Shown here piece by piece: positions 39,959 through 49,863 of a stretch of DNA of 64,000 nt; position 1 is the first letter of the stretch, and the number at the start of each line of letters is the position of its first letter. The position numbers and the translations under genes are program-made. Under the pieces are notes generated by a model. The model was not told the origin of the DNA, ran no database searches, and worked only from the letters and a program-made list of their open reading frames with translations. Origin of the DNA: Erythrobacter sp. GTDB taxonomy: Bacteria; Pseudomonadota; Alphaproteobacteria; Sphingomonadales; Sphingomonadaceae. Location: positions 13,371 to 77,370 of the forward strand of contig JBKBMC010000001.1 in NCBI GenBank assembly GCA_046296075.1. Direction: 5' to 3'.

Positions 39959-40435
39959 ATGACATCGCGTACTACCAATTTGTCCCGCCCGATCATCGAG
40001 GCGCTTTATACCGAGGCGCTCCTCCTGACTGACGATGTGCGGGCGGTATTTGCGGTCGCCACGCGCGAGCCTGCCGGCCCTGATGACACCATGATGCGGT
40101 TGGCGCTTTCAACGGAAGGGCTGAAAACCACCACCCGCATGATGCATGTGCTGGCGTGGCTGCTTAATCAGCGCGCGCTGTTTGCGGGCGAACTCAATGA
40201 AAACCAGATGCGTCGCCATGGGGCGCTGCCGCCTGATCGCGGCTCGGATCCCGAACATCTTGCCCTGCTGGAGCCGGAAACGCGCCAACTGATTGCCGAA
40301 ACCGAACACCTCCATCGCCGGCTTGCCCGGCTGGATGAGGCGTGGCGTCAGCGCTTTACGATGGATTCGCCGGCACGCGCATTTCAGGAACGGATCGGGC
40401 GCGAACTGGGCCGCCTGAGCGACCGCACCGGCTAA
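39959..40435 (+). CDS. rcdA: DUF1465 / RcdA-like ClpXP adaptor
   Basis: LY.EAL.L...E.LKTTTRMMHVLAWLLNQRA...GEL motif. Confidence 0.75.
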   Translation: MTSRTTNLSRPIIEALYTEALLLTDDVRAVFAVATREPAGPDDTMMRLALSTEGLKTTTRMMHVLAWLLNQRALFAGELNENQMRRHGALPPDRGSDPEHLALLEPETRQLIAETEHLHRRLARLDEAWRQRFTMDSPARAFQERIGRELGRLSDRTG

Positions 40436-41901
40436 GCCGCACGCATGGCGTGTCGCCAGCGGGCCAACCGCTCGTCACGCACCGCATCTGCCATGGCCGG
40501 CTCAAACCGCATCGTCTTGCCACGCATTGCCGATGCTGAGCTCGCCAGATCGGTATAGAGTCCCGCGCCGGTCGCCGCCAGCATCGCTGCACCAAGCGCG
40601 GTCGTCTCGACGAATTCGGGGCGTTCGACAGGCACGCCAAGCATATCGGCCAGATCCTGCGCCATCCAGTTATTGGCCGACATCCCGCCATCGATCCTGA
40701 GCGTCTGCCACTCGGCCCCGTCAGCCGCAAAGGCGCGCGCCAGATCATAGGTCTGGTGGGCCATCGCCTCGAGAGCCGCCCGCGCCAGTTGCGCCTTGCC
40801 ACTGGAGAAACTCAGCCCGGCAATCACCCCGCGCGCCTCGGCCCGCCAATGCGGCGCGCCAAGGCCTGACAGCGCAGGCACGATCACCACCCCGCCGCTG
40901 TCGGGGATAGACCGGGCAAGCGCCTCGGTCTGGCTGGCGACTTCGACAATCCCGAGCGAGTCGCGCAGCCATTGCACCAGGCTGCCCGCGACAAACACCG
41001 ATCCTTCGATGGCGTAGATCCGCTCTCCGCCAAGCTGCGTCAGCACGGTGCCAAGCAGTCGGTTGGTCGAGCGCGGGATCACACTGCCGTGGTTCGCCAG
41101 CACAAAAGCACCAGTGCCGTAGGTCGCCTTGGTCTCCCCGGGGGCAAGGCAGGCCTGCCCGATGGTGGCAGCCTGCTGATCGCCCACGAGGCCGGTGATC
41201 GGGATTGCCCGCCCGAACAGCGCGCCTTCGGTGGCGGCAAGTGCGCCCGCCATGTCGGTGACTTGCGGCAGGGCGTTCATTGGCACGCCAAGAAGATTGC
41301 ACAGCCCAGGATCAAAGCCGGGCGCCGCCAGATCCATCAGCAGCGTGCGGCTGGCATTGCTCGCGTCGGTGACATGCGCGCCGCCCGAAAGCTTGAAGGT
41401 CAGCCAGCTTTCCACCGTGCCGAAAGCGAGGGTGTCGCGTTCGGCCGCAGCACGGACTTCGGGCACATTGTCGAGCATCCAGCGCATCTTGGTGCCCGAG
41501 AAATAGGGATCGAGCAGCAGGCCAGTCCGTGCCTGCACTTCGGCCTCGTGTCCTGCATTGCGCAGATCCATACAGAACGGCTCGGTACGGCGATCCTGCC
41601 ACACAATGGCGCGCGTCAGCGGCTCGCCGGTCGCCTTGTCCCACGCGACCACGGTTTCGCGCTGGTTGGTGATGCCAATAGCCGCAATCCTGTCAGGCCC
41701 GCCTGCCCGCGCGATCATTTCCGCAGCGCAATCGCGGGTGCGTTCCCAGATTTCCTGCGGGCAATGCTCCACCCAGCCGCTTTTTGGATAATGCTGGGTC
41801 AGTTCGCGCTGGCTGGTGCCGACGCATGCACCGGCCGGGGTAAACAGCATCGCACGCGTTGATGTCGTGCCTTCGTCCAGCACGAGGATATAGTCTTGCA
41901 T
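40432..41901 (-). CDS. glpK: Glycerol kinase
   Basis: LDEGTTSTRA, GITNQRET, DPYFSGTK, GDQQAA and KATYGTGAF. Confidence 0.95.
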   Translation of the reverse strand: MQDYILVLDEGTTSTRAMLFTPAGACVGTSQRELTQHYPKSGWVEHCPQEIWERTRDCAAEMIARAGGPDRIAAIGITNQRETVVAWDKATGEPLTRAIVWQDRRTEPFCMDLRNAGHEAEVQARTGLLLDPYFSGTKMRWMLDNVPEVRAAAERDTLAFGTVESWLTFKLSGGAHVTDASNASRTLLMDLAAPGFDPGLCNLLGVPMNALPQVTDMAGALAATEGALFGRAIPITGLVGDQQAATIGQACLAPGETKATYGTGAFVLANHGSVIPRSTNRLLGTVLTQLGGERIYAIEGSVFVAGSLVQWLRDSLGIVEVASQTEALARSIPDSGGVVIVPALSGLGAPHWRAEARGVIAGLSFSSGKAQLARAALEAMAHQTYDLARAFAADGAEWQTLRIDGGMSANNWMAQDLADMLGVPVERPEFVETTALGAAMLAATGAGLYTDLASSASAMRGKTMRFEPAMADAVRDERLARWRHAMRAA

Positions 41902-41956
41902 GGCATTCCCTCTCTCGGACGTGACTTCTGCCACGCTGCCCGCCATATGCAAGGGC

Positions 41957-42835
41957 ATGGCCGATATTCCTCCCAAACCGTGGCCCACGGGCCTTGCCGA
42001 ACAGGTCGAGCCGCTGGTGCTGCGCGTTCTCGCACCCAATCCGTCGCCCTATACCTATACCGGCACACAGACCTATGTGGTCGGCCCGGTCGATGGTCCG
42101 GATTGCGCGGTGATCGATCCCGGCCCGAACGAGGCAGATCACATCGCCGCGATCATCAGCGCCGCAGCCGGGCGCAAGGTGCTAGCGATCATGTGCACCC
42201 ATACCCACCGCGATCATTCACCGGCCGCTGCGCCGCTTGCCGCTGTGACGGAGGCGCCCATCGTCGGCTGCGCGCCGCTGGTGCTGGCAAGCGATCTGCC
42301 GCGTGCAGATGAAAGCTTCGATACGACCTACGCGCCGGACCGCGTGCTTGCCGATGGCGAGGGGATGCGCGGCACCGGCTGGACGCTGACGGCTGTGGCC
42401 ACGCCGGGGCACACCTCGAACCACCTGTGCTATGCGCTGGAAGAGAGCGGCGCGCTGTTTACGGGCGATCATGTGATGGGCTGGTCAACCAGCGTTGTTA
42501 TTCCGCCCGATGGCGACATGGGTGATTACATGGCGAGCCTTGAAAGGCTGCTGGCGCGCGAAGATGTGCGCTATCACTCCGCCCACGGCGCTGCGATCGA
42601 AAAGCCCCGCCAGCTCGTGCGGGGCATGATCGGCCATCGCCGCCAGCGCGAAAACCAGATTCTGCGCCTACTGGGCGAGGAAGCGCGCCCTGTCAGCGCC
42701 TTTATCCCGGCGATGTACAAAGGGCTGGACGAGCGCCTTATTCCGGCAGCCGAAATGAGTGTGACCGCGCATTTGCTTGATCTCGAGAAGCGCGGAATCG
42801 CCCGTCTCGCAGGGAAAATCTGGCACGCAGTCTGA
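41957..42835 (+). CDS. Metallo-beta-lactamase fold hydrolase (LACTB2-like)
   Basis: THTHRDH, TPGHT, TGDHV and AHG. Confidence 0.9.
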   Translation: MADIPPKPWPTGLAEQVEPLVLRVLAPNPSPYTYTGTQTYVVGPVDGPDCAVIDPGPNEADHIAAIISAAAGRKVLAIMCTHTHRDHSPAAAPLAAVTEAPIVGCAPLVLASDLPRADESFDTTYAPDRVLADGEGMRGTGWTLTAVATPGHTSNHLCYALEESGALFTGDHVMGWSTSVVIPPDGDMGDYMASLERLLAREDVRYHSAHGAAIEKPRQLVRGMIGHRRQRENQILRLLGEEARPVSAFIPAMYKGLDERLIPAAEMSVTAHLLDLEKRGIARLAGKIWHAV

Positions 42836-42919
42836 ACGCGCCCATGCGTAAGCGGCTTGCGATCCTCATCGGGACGTGATCAACCTACCGGCCTGAGACA
42901 CTTTCGGGGGGGAAGTGGC

Positions 42920-43693
42920 ATGGCTACTCTTGGTCAATCGCGGCGCACACCGGTGCAAGGGACGCGCTTTTTCACGATCATGGCGCTGGTGATGTCCGTG
43001 ATCATCATCGCCGGTTTCTCCTTCAATCTGGCGATGGGCCGATCCAGTTTTGCCGCGCCCTGGCCCTATCATGTGCACGGCACGATTTTCATGGGCTGGA
43101 TCGGGCTCTACCTTGTCCAGAATATCAGCATCGCATCCGGCCGTGTTGCGCTGCATATCCGGGTGGGGCAGCTCGCCTATGTTCTGATCCCCGCGATGGT
43201 GGCCGCTGGTATCATGATCATCCTTACGTCGCTGCGCGGTTCGGGCGGGCCGTTTTTCTTCGCACAGAATGAATTCCTGATCAGCAACACGGCGGCGCTG
43301 CTGACATTCGGCGGGCTTCCCCTGTGGGCCCTGCGCGTGCGCCGTCACAGGGGGTGGCACCGCCGTTTGATGCTGGTAGCGATGAGCGTGCTGACCGGCC
43401 CGGGCCTCGGGCGGTTGCTACCCATGCCTTTGTTCATTCCCCATGCCTGGACTATCAGCGTTGCGGTCACCTTTGTGTTCGGCGCCATCGCGATGCTGGT
43501 CGACTGGCGGCGCGACGGGCGGGTCCATCAGGCCTATTGGTGGGGAATGGGGATCAATGTGGGGGTGTTCATCGCCTCGATGGTGCTGGCCTATTCACCG
43601 CTCGGCTATGCCATCACCGAAAGAGTGATTGCCGGAACGGCGGGAGCCGCGCGGCCGATGGAGGCTTTTCTGCCGCCTGGCTTCACCATGTAA
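42920..43693 (+). CDS. Hypothetical multi-pass membrane protein
   Basis: About 7 TM helices; HVHG, WHRRLM and GRVH motifs. Confidence 0.75.
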   Translation: MATLGQSRRTPVQGTRFFTIMALVMSVIIIAGFSFNLAMGRSSFAAPWPYHVHGTIFMGWIGLYLVQNISIASGRVALHIRVGQLAYVLIPAMVAAGIMIILTSLRGSGGPFFFAQNEFLISNTAALLTFGGLPLWALRVRRHRGWHRRLMLVAMSVLTGPGLGRLLPMPLFIPHAWTISVAVTFVFGAIAMLVDWRRDGRVHQAYWWGMGINVGVFIASMVLAYSPLGYAITERVIAGTAGAARPMEAFLPPGFTM

Positions 43694-43774
43694 TGGCGCA
43701 TTGCCGCTTTTCGCTCGAAAACTGCGGGCCGCTCCCTATATCGCTGGGCAACACGTGATCACGGGAACCGACGC

Positions 43775-44776
43775 ATGAGCATCCTGACCAAGAACCCTAC
43801 CGGCGCCGATCTGCTGGCTGAAATCGACCGCTTGCGCAAGGAACGCAATGCGGTGATCCTCGCACATTATTACCAGACGCCGGACATTCAGGACATTGCC
43901 GACTTCGTGGGCGACAGCCTCGAGCTCAGCCGCAAGGCGGCGGAAACCGATGCGGACGTGATCGCCTTTTGCGGGGTCAAGTTCATGGCCGAAACCGCCA
44001 AGATCCTCTCGCCGCAAAAGACCGTGATCCTGCCCGACATGGACGCAGGGTGCAGCCTTGAGGATTCCTGCCCGCCGCAGAAGTTCAGGGCATTCCGTGA
44101 GGCGAACCCCGATCATATCGCGCTTACCTACATCAATTGTTCGACCGAGGTGAAAGCGCTCTCCGATATCATCGTCACCTCATCGAGCGCCGAGACGATC
44201 CTCGCCCAGATCCCGCCGGAACAGAAAATCATCTTCGGCCCCGACCGGCACTTGGGCGGTTACCTTTCGCGGAAATTCAACCGCGAGATGCTGCTGTGGC
44301 CGGGCGTGTGCATCGTACACGAGGCTTTCAGCGAAACCGAACTGCTCAAGCTGAAGGAGCAGCACCCCGGCGCGCCGGTTGCCGCACACCCGGAATGTCC
44401 GCCTGTCATCATCGATCACGCGGATTATGTCGGATCGACCAGCGGGATCCTGAATTTTGCCAAGACGTTCTCGGGCGACACGCTGATCGTGGCCACCGAA
44501 CCACACATCATTCACCAGATGGAAAAGGCGCTGCCCGAGAAGAATTTCATCGGCGCGCCGGGCGCTGATGGGAATTGTTCGTGCAATATCTGCCCTTACA
44601 TGGCGCTCAACACCATGGAGAAGCTCTACGTGGCTTTGCGGGACCTCTCGCCCCAGATCGAGATCGAGGAAGGCATTCGCCTCAAGGCCAAGCGCAGTCT
44701 CGACCGGATGCTGGAGATGGCGAGCGGAACTGTCGGGCTGGGCGATTTGGGCAAGGTGGCGTTCAGCGGGCATTGA
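43775..44776 (+). CDS. nadA: Quinolinate synthase
   Basis: LAHYYQ, GDSL, FCGVKFMAE, AGCSL, CIVH, HPEC and CPYM. Confidence 0.97.
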   Translation: MSILTKNPTGADLLAEIDRLRKERNAVILAHYYQTPDIQDIADFVGDSLELSRKAAETDADVIAFCGVKFMAETAKILSPQKTVILPDMDAGCSLEDSCPPQKFRAFREANPDHIALTYINCSTEVKALSDIIVTSSSAETILAQIPPEQKIIFGPDRHLGGYLSRKFNREMLLWPGVCIVHEAFSETELLKLKEQHPGAPVAAHPECPPVIIDHADYVGSTSGILNFAKTFSGDTLIVATEPHIIHQMEKALPEKNFIGAPGADGNCSCNICPYMALNTMEKLYVALRDLSPQIEIEEGIRLKAKRSLDRMLEMASGTVGLGDLGKVAFSGH

Positions 44777-44824
44777 TCCGCGCGGCCGCCGTAGTCGGCG
44801 CGAGAGGGATAACGGGGCGATGAG

Positions 44825-46153
44825 ATGACCGCGCGCATCAGGCTTTTCTGGCTCGCTGTCAAAAGCAGCTACTGGTTCTATCCGGCAGCCTTTGCCATCG
44901 GCGCGTTCCTGCTATCGGCCGGGACGCTCTGTCTCGACCGCACTGCGAACACCGCCTGGCTCGCCGAAATCGGCGTGATGGAACTATCCGGGCCTGACAG
45001 CGCGTCGGATATTCTGGTGTTGGTGTCAGGAGCCATGCTGGGCGTTGCCTCGACCGTGTTCTCGATCACCATTGCCGCCGTTGCCTATGCGAGCGGCACC
45101 TACGGCCCGCGCCTGCTCAACAATTTCATGGAAGATCGCGGCAACAAGATCAGCCTTGCGGTCTTCATCGGCACCTTCGTGTTTTGCGTCAACGTGCTGC
45201 GCACGATCAGGCATGCCGGCGCAAAGACCACCGGTTTCGACGGCCAGGTGCTGGAACTGGCTTCTTTCGTGCCCAACCTGTCGCTGCTGGTCGCCTATGC
45301 GCTGATTGTGGTGGCGGTGGGCACGCTGGTCTATTTTCTGCACCATATTCCTTCCTCAATCCGCATCCACACCGTGCTGGAAGCGATCGGGGAGCGGCTG
45401 ATCCGAGACATCAAGGCGACCTATCCCGATACGCCCTCGGCGCCCGCTCCCATGCGCGATGCCGAAGGCGCGGCGATCACCGCGGGTGATACGGGTTATG
45501 TCCAGTCGATCAGCTTCGATACGCTCGCCACGCTGGCGCAGGTGGCCGGAGCCCGGATCACGCTCGACTGCCGCACCGGCGACTTCGTGCACCCCGGCAT
45601 GGTGCTGGCGCGCTGGACACAGGACGAGGACGCAGACCACCACCCGGTCGATACCGACAAGGCGCGCGGCTGCTTCATTCTGGGGGGAATGCGGACGCCC
45701 GATCAAGACTTGCAGTTCCTGATGGACGAGCTCGTCGAGATCGGCCTGCGCGCCCTGTCCCCGGGGATTAACGATCCCTACACCGCCATCACCGCGATGC
45801 ACTGGCTGGGCGCGGCCACCGCCGAGCTGGGACACCGCTATCTCGATCACCAGACCGGCGACGACGCGAACGACGGCGAGCCCCGTGTAATCCGCCGCGT
45901 GGTGACCTTCGCCGAATATGTCAGCCGCGGCTTTGGTTCGATCCGCAGCGGCGCGGCGACCAGCCCGCTGGCGGCTATGGTGGCGCTGGAGACAATCGCG
46001 AACGCAGCGCTGGTGATTGACGACGAAACGCGGCGCGGTGACCTGATGCGCGAGGCGGCCATGCTGTTCGAACAGGCTGGCAAAGCGCTGACCGGCCCCG
46101 ATTTCGATATGGTGGAAGGGCGTTACCGGGCGCTTCAGGCGACCAGCGCCTAG
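44825..46153 (+). CDS. DUF2254-like membrane protein
   Basis: YGPRLL..F and RALSPGINDPYTA. Confidence 0.85.
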   Translation: MTARIRLFWLAVKSSYWFYPAAFAIGAFLLSAGTLCLDRTANTAWLAEIGVMELSGPDSASDILVLVSGAMLGVASTVFSITIAAVAYASGTYGPRLLNNFMEDRGNKISLAVFIGTFVFCVNVLRTIRHAGAKTTGFDGQVLELASFVPNLSLLVAYALIVVAVGTLVYFLHHIPSSIRIHTVLEAIGERLIRDIKATYPDTPSAPAPMRDAEGAAITAGDTGYVQSISFDTLATLAQVAGARITLDCRTGDFVHPGMVLARWTQDEDADHHPVDTDKARGCFILGGMRTPDQDLQFLMDELVEIGLRALSPGINDPYTAITAMHWLGAATAELGHRYLDHQTGDDANDGEPRVIRRVVTFAEYVSRGFGSIRSGAATSPLAAMVALETIANAALVIDDETRRGDLMREAAMLFEQAGKALTGPDFDMVEGRYRALQATSA

Positions 46154-47049
46154 GCGCGCGCCTTGGCCACCGCCAGCGCCGCGCCCACCAGCACCATGCC
46201 CACGATGTCGAGCGGCGACAGCACCTCGCCGAAGGCGAGCCAGCCGTAAAGCGCGGCCACCGCAGGTTGGGTCAACAGCGCAAGCCCGATGATCAGCGGC
46301 GAGAAATGGGCCAGCGAATAAACCATCAACCCCTGCCCGACGAGCTGGCTGGAAATGAACAGGATCAGGATCGGCGTCCAGTCAGTCGGCCAGACGGGCT
46401 CGCCCAGCATCAGCGCGACGGCGAGCAGCACCGGGCAGCCGAAGATGCTGACCCAGACAAGCAGGCTCCACGAACCGAACGCCTTGCGCGCGTCCTGCAA
46501 GGTCAGCAGATAGACCGCATAAAGCAGTCCGGCAGCAAGGCAGAACAGATCGCCGATCAGGGTCGCGGTCGAAATCTCCAGGCTGCGTCCCATCAGAATG
46601 GCCGCTCCGCCGATGGCAAAGACAATCGCCAGCCATTCGAGCCGCTTGGGCATCAAACCGGCCGCAATAAAGCCCCAGAACAGGAGCACGATCGAACCGG
46701 CATTGCCGAACAGCGTCGCATTGCCCAGCCGCGTCATACCGATGCCGATGTGCCAGCTGGCCAGATCCAGAGCGAAAGTCACCGCGCCGAGCGCTACCAG
46801 CCCCAGAGTGCGGGCGCCCATGCCCGTGATCGGCTGGCGATTGGCCCGCGCCAGCAACACGAGGAATGGCAGCGCCAGAAACAAGCGCCAGAACCCGGCG
46901 GAGACCGGCCCGGTATCGGCAAGGCGGACAAACCACGGTCCGAGTGCCAACGCGATATTGCCCGCCAGCAGGGCAGCCAGCAGCAAGGCAGCGCGCCAGC
47001 CGTGCGGGACGCCTGAAACCTGTGCTTGGGACGCCCCGTCATTTTCCAT
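46150..47049 (-). CDS. EamA/DMT family transporter
   Basis: About 10 TM helices in two repeats; QPAVAALYGWL..GE. Confidence 0.88.
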   Translation of the reverse strand: MENDGASQAQVSGVPHGWRAALLLAALLAGNIALALGPWFVRLADTGPVSAGFWRLFLALPFLVLLARANRQPITGMGARTLGLVALGAVTFALDLASWHIGIGMTRLGNATLFGNAGSIVLLFWGFIAAGLMPKRLEWLAIVFAIGGAAILMGRSLEISTATLIGDLFCLAAGLLYAVYLLTLQDARKAFGSWSLLVWVSIFGCPVLLAVALMLGEPVWPTDWTPILILFISSQLVGQGLMVYSLAHFSPLIIGLALLTQPAVAALYGWLAFGEVLSPLDIVGMVLVGAALAVAKARA

Positions 47050-47112
47050 GCTTGCGCCCTAGCCGCATCGCGCCCTAGTGCAAGTTGCAAAGAGCAATCG
47101 AAGGAGAACCCC

Positions 47113-48225
47113 ATGCACGAAGCCCTGTTCCAGCCGCTCCAGATGGGCGCGCTGCACGCGAAAAACCGCATTCACATGGCCCCGCTTACCCGCGGCCGCG
47201 CGGCCGAGCCGATGTTCGTGCCCAATGAATTGATGGCGCTCTATTATCGCCAGCGTGCAGGCGCAGGCATGATCCTCACCGAAGCGACCGGCATCAGCCG
47301 CGAAGGCCTCGGCTGGCCGAGCGCGCCGGGGATCTGGAGCGATGAGCAGACCGAAGCGTGGAAGGCGACAACGAAGGCAGTGCACGAGGAAGGTGGCCTC
47401 ATCGTCATGCAGCTCTGGCACATGGGCCGCATCGTGCATCCGGTATTCCTTGATGGTCAGCCGCCCTTCTCCGCGAGCGCCACTCAGGCCCCGGGCGAGG
47501 CGCACACCCCTCAGGGCAAGCAGCCCTATGCTGTCGCCCGCGAAATGACCCATGAGGATATCAAGCGCACCATCGGCGATTACCGCCGCGCCGCAGAGAA
47601 CGCCAAGAAGGCTGGTTTTGATGGCGTGCAGTTGCACAGCGCGAATGGCTATCTGGTTGACCAGTTCCTGCGCGACAAGACCAACCTGCGCACCGATGAA
47701 TATGGCGGCTCACCCGAAAACCGCACCCGTTTCATGCGCGAAGTGCTCGAAGCGCTGATCGATGTGTGGGGCGCGGACCGCGTCGGTATCCGCCTCTCGC
47801 CCAATGGCGATTCGCAAGGCACCGATGACAGCAACCCGGCAGCGACCTTCGGCGCGGCGGCCAAGGTGTGCGAGGAACTCGGCCTTGCCTTTGTCGAACT
47901 GCGTGAACCCGGCCCCGAAGGCACCTTCGGCCAGACCGATGTGCCCAAGCAAAGCCCGCTGATCCGCCAGATCTATACCGGCAAGCTGATCCTCAATTCG
48001 GATTACACCGCCGAGCAGGCCGAGGCGGATGTGACGAGCGGCAAGTGCGATGCGGTCAGCTTCGGCAGGCCCTATATCTCCAACCCCGATCTGGAAAAGC
48101 GGATCGCGGTCGGCGCGCACTGGAACCCGAACAAGGATGTGCCCAAGAGCTGGTATTTCCCCATCCCGGAAGGCTATGTCGATTACCCGACACTGGCCGA
48201 AGAAAAGGCCGAAGCGGCGGAGTAA
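47113..48225 (+). CDS. Old Yellow Enzyme family alkene reductase (NemA-like)
   Basis: RBS AAGGAG; MAPLTRGRA, QLWHMGR, HSANGYL and RTDEYGGS. Confidence 0.94.
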   Translation: MHEALFQPLQMGALHAKNRIHMAPLTRGRAAEPMFVPNELMALYYRQRAGAGMILTEATGISREGLGWPSAPGIWSDEQTEAWKATTKAVHEEGGLIVMQLWHMGRIVHPVFLDGQPPFSASATQAPGEAHTPQGKQPYAVAREMTHEDIKRTIGDYRRAAENAKKAGFDGVQLHSANGYLVDQFLRDKTNLRTDEYGGSPENRTRFMREVLEALIDVWGADRVGIRLSPNGDSQGTDDSNPAATFGAAAKVCEELGLAFVELREPGPEGTFGQTDVPKQSPLIRQIYTGKLILNSDYTAEQAEADVTSGKCDAVSFGRPYISNPDLEKRIAVGAHWNPNKDVPKSWYFPIPEGYVDYPTLAEEKAEAAE

Positions 48226-48232
48226 GCTTTTC

Positions 48233-48265
48233 TCCCGGCAGTGTCCGCTATGGGCGCTGCCGGGA
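48233..48265. repeat. 14-bp imperfect palindrome (terminator- or REP-like) at the left edge of the low-GC island
   Basis: TCCCGGCAGTGTCC-GCTAT-GGGCGCTGCCGGGA; both mismatches are G-U compatible. Confidence 0.7.
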
Positions 48266-48267
48266 AT

Positions 48268-48305
48268 AAAGCTGCCGTTCAGCACACAACCCCATTGAAG
48301 CCGTC
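48268..48305 (+). repeat. Left copy of the imperfect direct repeat flanking LOG-Nudix
   Basis: AAAGCTGCCGTTC..ACCCCATT..GCCGT compared with AAAGCCGCCATTC..ACCCACTT..GCCAT at 49394. Confidence 0.5.
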
Positions 48306-48382
48306 TTCCCGATTGATTTAGTTCGGCAATCTTGCGATGGGCGCCCTGATTTTCGACTGCACCATACGAAAGGAACGAGCGG

Positions 48383-48967
48383 ATGCTGCGCTCTATCTGC
48401 GTGTTTTCCGGTTCGAGCTTGGGGAGGCGAACGGAATATCGGGAAGCCGCAGTTCAATTGGGGACCGCCTTGGCGACGAGAGGAATTAATCTCGTATACG
48501 GAGGGGCAGCTGTCGGCCTCATGGGCGAAGTCGCCGATGCCACCCTTGCCGCCGGAGGCCATGTAACAGGGGTTATTCCGAGGGCTCTGGTGGATCGCGA
48601 AGTGGCCCATGATGGATTGCCGGACCTTCGGATCGTTGAATCGATGCACGAGCGCAAGGCACTGATGGCCGATCTATCAGACGGCTTCATTGCTCTGCCA
48701 GGCGGCATCGGAACCTTCGAGGAATTGTTTGAGGTATGGACATGGACGCAGCTTGGCAATCACGCCAAGCCTTGCGCAGTTCTCAACGTAGCGGGCTTCT
48801 ACGACCGGCTGTTGAACTTCGTCGACCACGCAGTAGAGGAGCAATTTCTTAAGCCTGTCCATCGCAACGTTCTGCTGACCGGTACTAACCCATCCGATCT
48901 TTTGGATACACTCGCGACTTACACTGCACCCTCAGAGACCAAGTGGATCAAAAAAGGTGAGCGATAG
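48383..48967 (+). CDS. LOG-family (TIGR00730-like) nucleotide monophosphate phosphoribohydrolase
   Basis: LVYGG..VGLMG, MHERK and PGGIGTFEE. Confidence 0.93.
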   Translation: MLRSICVFSGSSLGRRTEYREAAVQLGTALATRGINLVYGGAAVGLMGEVADATLAAGGHVTGVIPRALVDREVAHDGLPDLRIVESMHERKALMADLSDGFIALPGGIGTFEELFEVWTWTQLGNHAKPCAVLNVAGFYDRLLNFVDHAVEEQFLKPVHRNVLLTGTNPSDLLDTLATYTAPSETKWIKKGER

Positions 48968-49370
48968 GGACATTTGGCCACGCGTGGGTTGCGGCGCTGC
49001 CATAATTTCGGATGACAAGCTTCTTCTGGTCAAGCGGCGGCGCAATCCGGAGGCAGGCCACTGGGGTCTGCCCGGTGGTAAAGTGGACGGCTTCGAAACT
49101 TTGACTGACGCCGTTGCACGCGAGATCGATGAGGAGCTCGGGCTAGCCATTACGGCAGAAAGGCTTCTGTGCCTCGTTGATCAGATCGATCGTTCTTTGT
49201 GTTCCCACTGGGTTGCCCCGGTTTATCTCGTTACGAATTTCGACGGCTTGCCGTCGATAAAGGAACCTGAAGCGCTTTCAGAATGGGGCTGGTTTGCGTT
49301 GGACGGGCTGCCCGAACCCCTGACCTTTGCCACACAACAAGCCGTCGCGATGCTGAAAGCGGATCGCTGA
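48957..49370 (+). CDS. Nudix hydrolase
   Basis: Nudix box GGKVDGFETLTDAVAREIDEELG; overlaps the LOG gene by 11 nt. Confidence 0.92.
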   Translation: MSDRDIWPRVGCGAAIISDDKLLLVKRRRNPEAGHWGLPGGKVDGFETLTDAVAREIDEELGLAITAERLLCLVDQIDRSLCSHWVAPVYLVTNFDGLPSIKEPEALSEWGWFALDGLPEPLTFATQQAVAMLKADR

Positions 49371-49393
49371 CGCTTCGGCGATACCTTCCGGCC

Positions 49394-49466
49394 AAAGCCG
49401 CCATTCGCCTTCCCACCCACTTTCCGCCATTCAGGCCAAGCCCTGACTCGCCTGAAAGCAGACGTT
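49394..49466 (+). repeat. Right-flank repeat cluster of the LOG-Nudix island
   Basis: AAAGCCGCCATTC (49394), CCGCCATTC (49424), TCAGGC..GCCTGA hairpin and AAAGCAGACGTT (49455). Confidence 0.5.
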
Positions 49467-49563
49467 GGTTGCACAAACGGCAGCGCGCAGTTGCCGGAGC
49501 AGGCGGGGGCGCTTTCCTGCTGGGTGTGGCGCGGACGATCTGGCAGCCCGGGGCGCGAGCGCG

Positions 49564-49863
49564 CTATTCGGTTGCGGCGGATGCCGCAGGCGCAGTGGCT
49601 GCGTCGGCCTCTTCGCTTTCGGGCGATAGCTCGCCAGCCACTTCCGGCTGTTCGGCATCAAGCTCAGCCGCCGAGCGCCCGCCCTCGCGCGGGGCGAGCG
49701 GCGCTTCGCTGCGCAATTGTTCGAGCGGGATCATGTCATCGCTGATGGTGCCGCCGAGCACCTCGCCCTCCGCCCGGCCGCCGGTTTCGCCGGAGGGACC
49801 ACCGGGCGCGCTGTCGCAGGCGGCAAGCGGAATGAGGCACAGGGCAAGCGCAAGGCGTTTCAT
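49564..49863 (-). CDS. Small lipoprotein
   Basis: Lipobox LAAC; [16 protein letters not shown] motif. Confidence 0.75.
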   Translation of the reverse strand: MKRLALALCLIPLAACDSAPGGPSGETGGRAEGEVLGGTISDDMIPLEQLRSEAPLAPREGGRSAAELDAEQPEVAGELSPESEEADAATAPAASAATE

